Source of the DNA: Candidatus Latescibacterota bacterium
Lineage (GTDB): Bacteria > Latescibacterota > UBA2968
Assembly (NCBI GenBank): GCA_965198115.1
Contig: OZ240241.1
Coordinates: 6,432,001-6,496,000 of the forward strand
Direction of reading: 5' to 3'
DNA: 64,000 nucleotides
How positions within the stretch are numbered: the stretch's first letter is position 1; the number at the start of each line of letters is the position of its first letter. Position numbers and translations under genes: made by a program. Of this stretch, positions 59,338-64,000 are shown in pieces. A model generated the notes under the pieces. That model ran no database searches. It had not been told where the DNA came from and saw nothing but the letters and a program-made list of their open reading frames with translations.

Positions 59338-60241
59338 GCACCGACCTCGGTACGTCGCCTTTGACCTCGATGTCGAGCATGTCCTCGAAGATCTTGATGA
59401 TGGCCCAGTTGGCTTCTTCCGGTCGAAGGCTGATGCCTGCTTGAAACAGCTCCGCGGCGGCGTTTCCGGAAACCAGAGGAACACCGAATTGGCGAGCGAG
59501 ATTCCGCGCAATGCCGAGGTCCTTGTGCATCGTTCCGATCCCGCTCTGGCCAACGAAGTTGCGTTCCATGATGTTCTTGGTCGTGTCCTTGAACAGAAAG
59601 CTGCCGACGACGCTCGTAGCGATGACCCGGTAGAGCGTTTCCGGTGCGACACCCGCTTTGACTCCGAGTGCGAGGGTTTCGAAGATGCCGGCAAAAGTAG
59701 TCCCGACGAGGACGGCAAGCGACGCCTTGACGGTTTGTCCGAGGCCGACGTCGTGGCCGACGTGGAAGATGTTCCCGCCGACCGCGTCGAGAATCGGCCG
59801 TGTTTTCTCGAAGACGTCCGGCTCGGCCGCCACCATCATCGTGAGCGTTCCGGCAGCTGCTCCCGGGGCTCCGCCGCTGACGGGGGAATCGACGACATCG
59901 ATGTTCCCATCCTGGAGAATCCTGGCGGCGGCTTCCAGCTCGGAGCGTTCGATCGTCGCAGAGCAGATGAAGGTCGATCCCGGATTTAACCCAGCGATGA
60001 GCCCGTCGTCACCCGAGACGACTTCCATAATTTGCGCGCCGTTCATGACCATCACGAACACGAAGTCGGAATGTTCGCCGACCTCTCTCGGGGTTTTCGC
60101 AGCGCGTGCCCCGTCTTTCACGAAGGGGTCGAGCTGTTCGGGTCTGACGTCGAAAAGGGTGAGATCGTGTCCTGCAGCCATAAGATTACGGGCCATCCCC
60201 GAACCCATGTCACCCACACCAATCAGTCCAACTCGCGCCAT
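59306..60241 (-). CDS. 3-hydroxyisobutyrate/threonate dehydrogenase-family oxidoreductase
   Basis: IGVGDMGSGMA, DSPVSGG, G.G..VK, KDL. Confidence 0.9.
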   Translation of the reverse strand: MARVGLIGVGDMGSGMARNLMAAGHDLTLFDVRPEQLDPFVKDGARAAKTPREVGEHSDFVFVMVMNGAQIMEVVSGDDGLIAGLNPGSTFICSATIERSELEAAARILQDGNIDVVDSPVSGGAPGAAAGTLTMMVAAEPDVFEKTRPILDAVGGNIFHVGHDVGLGQTVKASLAVLVGTTFAGIFETLALGVKAGVAPETLYRVIATSVVGSFLFKDTTKNIMERNFVGQSGIGTMHKDLGIARNLARQFGVPLVSGNAAAELFQAGISLRPEEANWAIIKIFEDMLDIEVKGDVPRSVHETGSYHRRH

Positions 60242-60360
60242 TCTGCCTTGCCCTCTCCTTATAGATGAATATTCACGAATAATCGTGTGACACCTCTGAC
60301 ACCGTCACACTGAGCGCGGTTCGAAGTGTCGGTTCTCGAGGTCTGTGCTGATGCACGGTG

Positions 60361-60801
60361 CTATGGTGGATCCGCATGCTGGGGATGAGCGCCGTCCGGT
60401 AATGCGGGAACATCGATACCCGCCTTCGGCAACGTGCCGTCCATTTCCTGCTGAGGGTGCGCGACGGGGCCAGCCGCGCAGATGTACATCATTACCAACC
60501 GCTCTTTGCCGAGATTACTGAGCTGGTGGTAGGTCCCGGGTGGGATGAAGATGGCCTGCCCGGCCGTGACGGTCTGACGTTCCTCGCCCAGGCACATCTC
60601 ACCCGATCCCTCTATGACGACGTAGATCTCTTCCATCTCCTGGTTGTGCCACGGCACCTGTCCACCGTTCGGCTCGATGGTCACGTGGCCGACCGAGAAT
60701 GTTTCCGTTGGGATCGGCGTTCCCCCACCCGCCAGCGGTTGCGTTCGCCGCCTGGCTGGAAAGAAGCGTCCCTCGATTTCTCTGATATCCGATACGATCA
60801 T
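60361..60801 (-). CDS. Cupin domain protein
   Basis: VPWHNQ..EEIY.V.EG.G, IPPG.YH.L.N. Confidence 0.88.
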   Translation of the reverse strand: MIVSDIREIEGRFFPARRRTQPLAGGGTPIPTETFSVGHVTIEPNGGQVPWHNQEMEEIYVVIEGSGEMCLGEERQTVTAGQAIFIPPGTYHQLSNLGKERLVMMYICAAGPVAHPQQEMDGTLPKAGIDVPALPDGAHPQHADPP

Positions 60802-60810
60802 CCAAGACCT

Positions 60811-61191
60811 CTATAGTGCGCGTGCTTCCTCGGCGTTTTGACCGAAGCAGAGGCGGTAACCGTTAAGATCAAGGGCGATGAAGTCGCGCATCCCATATTC
60901 CTTGTCTTCCGGAGGATCCCAGATTACGACCTCGCGTGCTTTTAACTCCTCGTAGATCTCATCCACGCCTTCGACATTGACGTAAATGCCTCCGCGGTCT
61001 CCGGCATTCCCAGAAGCCGTGTCACTCTTGATGAAGTCGATCGCGAAACCGTCTCGAACAACGATCGAGTAGAACGGTGGGTCGCCCCAGATCAGTCTTA
61101 CATCGAATCCGAGCTGATCTCTGTAAAACTCGGCGGCAGCCATTACGTCAGGAACGGCCAGCATGGGATCTGTGGCTTTGATCCTGCCCAC
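60811..61191 (-). CDS. VOC/bleomycin-resistance family protein
   Basis: V.DV.AA.EFY..LGF, YGMRDF...DLNGY.L.F; GTG start inferred. Confidence 0.82.
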   Translation of the reverse strand: MGRIKATDPMLAVPDVMAAAEFYRDQLGFDVRLIWGDPPFYSIVVRDGFAIDFIKSDTASGNAGDRGGIYVNVEGVDEIYEELKAREVVIWDPPEDKEYGMRDFIALDLNGYRLCFGQNAEEARAL

Positions 61192-61199
61192 AGCGATGT

Positions 61200-61793
61200 T
61201 CAGTCGGCGGCAGCCGACTCTCCCTCCGATTCCATTCGTTGCTGTTCCTCGATGACCAACGCCATCCACTGCTTCATGTAGAGGCCGTGGTCTTTCCAAG
61301 CGGTGGCGCTGATGAGATTGCCGTCGATGACGAAGCGCTCGTCGACGAAGATGCCGCCGCAGACTTCGAGGTCGAAGCGGCACTTCCGCACGCACGTCAT
61401 TCGGCGGCCTTCGACACATCCGGCCCTGGCGGGAATCTCGACGCCGTGGCAGACGCTGGCGACGGGCTTGTTGTGCTCGAAGAAGTATTGCGTGATGCGG
61501 ATGAGGTCCGGATCGTCGCGGATGTATTCGGGTGCGCGGCCGCCCGAGAAGAAGATGCCGGCGTATTCAGACGGTTCTATGTCACGAAAGGCGATGTCGG
61601 CCTTGAGGGTGTAGCCTTCGTACTCGCGAGTGATGTCCCAGCCCTCTTTGATTTCGTGGAGGACCATGTTGTAAACCCGGGCTTCCGGGCCTGCGACGAC
61701 GGGTTCGAAGCCATCCTCCTCTACGCGAAGAACCGGGTAGAGCGTGTCGACGGTTTCGGATGCTTCACCGATGATGATGAGTACTTTTCCCAT
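61200..61793 (-). CDS. DJ-1/PfpI family protein
   Basis: GGRAPEYIR, VCHG, DGNLIS. Confidence 0.9.
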   Translation of the reverse strand: MGKVLIIIGEASETVDTLYPVLRVEEDGFEPVVAGPEARVYNMVLHEIKEGWDITREYEGYTLKADIAFRDIEPSEYAGIFFSGGRAPEYIRDDPDLIRITQYFFEHNKPVASVCHGVEIPARAGCVEGRRMTCVRKCRFDLEVCGGIFVDERFVIDGNLISATAWKDHGLYMKQWMALVIEEQQRMESEGESAAAD

Positions 61794-61904
61794 TGAGTAC
61801 CTCCCTGGCGATCGTGTTTTCAGCGGCCCAATAGGTACCGACGAGCTCACGGAATGTCAACGCAGATAGGCCGCGGACGAGCAATGTGGAGGCTAAGATT
61901 ACGG

Positions 61905-63864
61905 TCAGTAAAGGGAGAGATGGTGGCCTTCGCCGGGGAACCAGATGCAGTCGACGACGAAGGAGATGCCTACACCGGTGAAGTAGCCGAGCATGAGGCC
62001 CATGAAGAAGGGGGCTGCGCGGCGGTAGAGGCCAATGCCGCCAAAACGGAGGATGGCCTGTTTGGCGAACCAGGCGATGAAGAGAGAGAAAATCGTAATG
62101 TTGGCAGGATAAGTCGTGGCGGATACGAACCCGATGGGGTGAAGTGGGAAGGTGGGGTAGGCATAGCGAACCATCATGTTGGCAATGGTCGTCACGACAC
62201 CTAGGAGCGACCAGAGAGCCAGTTCCCGCTTCAACCCGAAGGGATCTTTGATGTAACCGACTGCCCTGTCGAAAGTACCCTGAACCGAGCCGGCATAGAT
62301 GCCGCCGAAGTTATAGGCGCCGATCTGGTATCCCGACGTGATGGCATAGTAGGCGCTGCCACCCGCGACGACGACGACGGCGATGGCGACAGCCAATGCC
62401 AAACGCCGGCGATCCTCCCGTACCTCGTCGAAGAGCCGTGAAGAATTAGCCATGGGTGCCATCAGGGCGGTCTTGAGGTCTCGGTGCCAGGTTCGGGTCA
62501 TGGCGAGGGCGACGAGGCTGGAGGGCTTGGTCTGCGCCAGGTCGACGACGTGGACCGTGGCGAACTGCGCGTGGATGGGACGGCTGCTGATCAGACCCGT
62601 CTCGATGGAGATGCGGGACATTCCAAGCCAGACGATGAGGACGAAGAAGAGGAAGACCGTTGCGAAATAAAGGGTCATCCCCGAGGCCACGCACCAGGCG
62701 AGGATGAAGAGACCGCTGATGATCCAGGTGTAAAGGGCAGTGCGATAGGAAAGAAGTTCGCCTGAATCGTCGATCCCGGTGTCCTTCCAGATAGCCTTTC
62801 GATAGACGTCCTTCAGGTGCCCCCGCGCCATCCATAAGCCCCAGGGAATCAGAACGCAAAAAGCACCGAGTCCCTGCCAGTTCTCGAACTGAGAGGTGTC
62901 CCCTCGCGGGGGGCCGAGTTCGAATCCCAGCCTTTGGAAGATGCCAATCTGGAACGTGAGGAAAAGGAAGTAGACGATGATACTGAAAGAGATCTCCAGC
63001 TCGATGAAGTAGGAGACGCCGATGATGAGCGGGTAAAACCGTGTGTGAATCGTAGGAAACTCACGCCCCAATGAAATGTGGCCGAACTGTCTGGGAATGG
63101 TTGGGAACAAGGGAACGAAGTAGCCGATCATGTTCCAGAGGATTGGGAAGATGGCGAATGCGAAACCGAGCCAGAAGATCGGACGGTTCAGGATTCCGAC
63201 CGTGAAAACCTTTGGGCTCGCGATCGGCCATGGCGAGCGGCAGGGCCATGAGCGGAAACGTGAGACGCTCGTGTTCGATCCATTGCCTTCTGAGCATGGC
63301 GACGGCAGAATAGCAGAAGCATCCAATGGCACCCACCAGGGACAGACGCCAGAAAAGCGGTGTCGTCCAGGCTCCCCAGGGGATGGGGGCACCTGCGGGA
63401 AGTCCTTCATAAAACCATCTTGCTGCGATTCGATCCGTGACAACAGCCCAGTCGACCAGATAGGGATGGAGTTCGGTCGACCAGGCGTTTTCCGGGGTTG
63501 GGAAGTAGTAGGGTGCGGCGATATTGGCCAGCATGTGGGCCATGAAGTAGCTGGGGAGAGCTGAACCGATGCTTGCCATGGCGAAGATGACGAGGAGCTC
63601 GACGCGTGAAAGCATGGCGGAAGGACGAATCTTCTGGATGATCTTGTTGAGGAAGACGGTGATGATGATGAAGGGGACCACGACGCCCCAAGGGAGGTGG
63701 TCCTGTGCCATCTTGGTCACGTGGCCGATGTTGCGGGTGTAATGACCACCCCAGGCCATGAAGGTGACGCACGCTGTGCCGAGAAGCATGGCGCGCGCGG
63801 TGACTGGGTGCGGCCTGGGGTCGAGGTCGGTCTGTGGGGAGGTATCGGAGGGAACGACGGACAC
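61905..63864 (-). CDS. DUF6785/DUF6784-like polytopic membrane protein (putative transporter) with a frameshift at about 63205
   Basis: W..PL..W, RRQWIEHERL.FP, FW.GF, R...ETG, PLHPIG, R.GG..LY; one T missing in GGTTTTCACG. Confidence 0.72.
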
Positions 63865-63866
63865 GA

Positions 63867-64000
63867 TCAGCGGGGGGGCAAGGCGTCTTCTATGGCCCGC
63901 GCTACCTGGTCGGCCAGGACGTCGGATCCACCTTCGGTGAAGTGGACGTTCGCCGGCTGCTGAATTTTGTCGAGCCGCTCGAAGGCGAAGGTGTAGAGAT
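63867..64000 (-). CDS. C-terminus of an SGNH/GDSL hydrolase-like protein (partial)
   Basis: Manual translation ...LYTFAFERLDKIQQPANVHFTEGGSDVLADQVARAI. Confidence 0.6.
   Translation of the reverse strand, partial: LYTFAFERLDKIQQPANVHFTEGGSDVLADQVARAIEDALPPR

Noticed and set aside
1-64000. Defence systems, retrons, DGRs, prophage, tRNA/rRNA
   Set aside because: No reverse transcriptase, nuclease or effector, phage structural gene or structural RNA signature was recognised by eye.

Overview
GC-rich bacterial DNA with about 55 mostly minus-strand catabolic and accessory genes: 6 PhyH-type Fe(II)/2OG dioxygenases, 5 Gfo/Idh/MocA oxidoreductases, 2 sulfatases, BNR/GH-like hydrolases, enolase-superfamily enzymes, a LarA-type racemase and an ABC-2 exporter. 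This gene content resembles Latescibacterota/Poribacteria-like heterotrophs (inference only). No rRNA, tRNA or CRISPR array was seen. Four complete IS elements (IS256, ISAzo13, IS630, ISL3) have readable terminal inverted repeats and target-site duplications. Several genes are disrupted, and the intergenic space holds several families of short, partly nested repeats. The most striking feature is an ECF sigma factor fused in frame to a Rho-type RNA-binding OB domain with no ATPase; the domain has its own internal SD+ATG. Other highlights are a 33-bp IR-only insertion with an 8-bp TSD, a hairpin-T4C7 slippage signal in IS630, PhyH enzymes with non-canonical HxG and HxH iron ligands, and a dispersed bipartite intergenic motif. 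All protein calls come from motif recognition by eye; no database searches were run.
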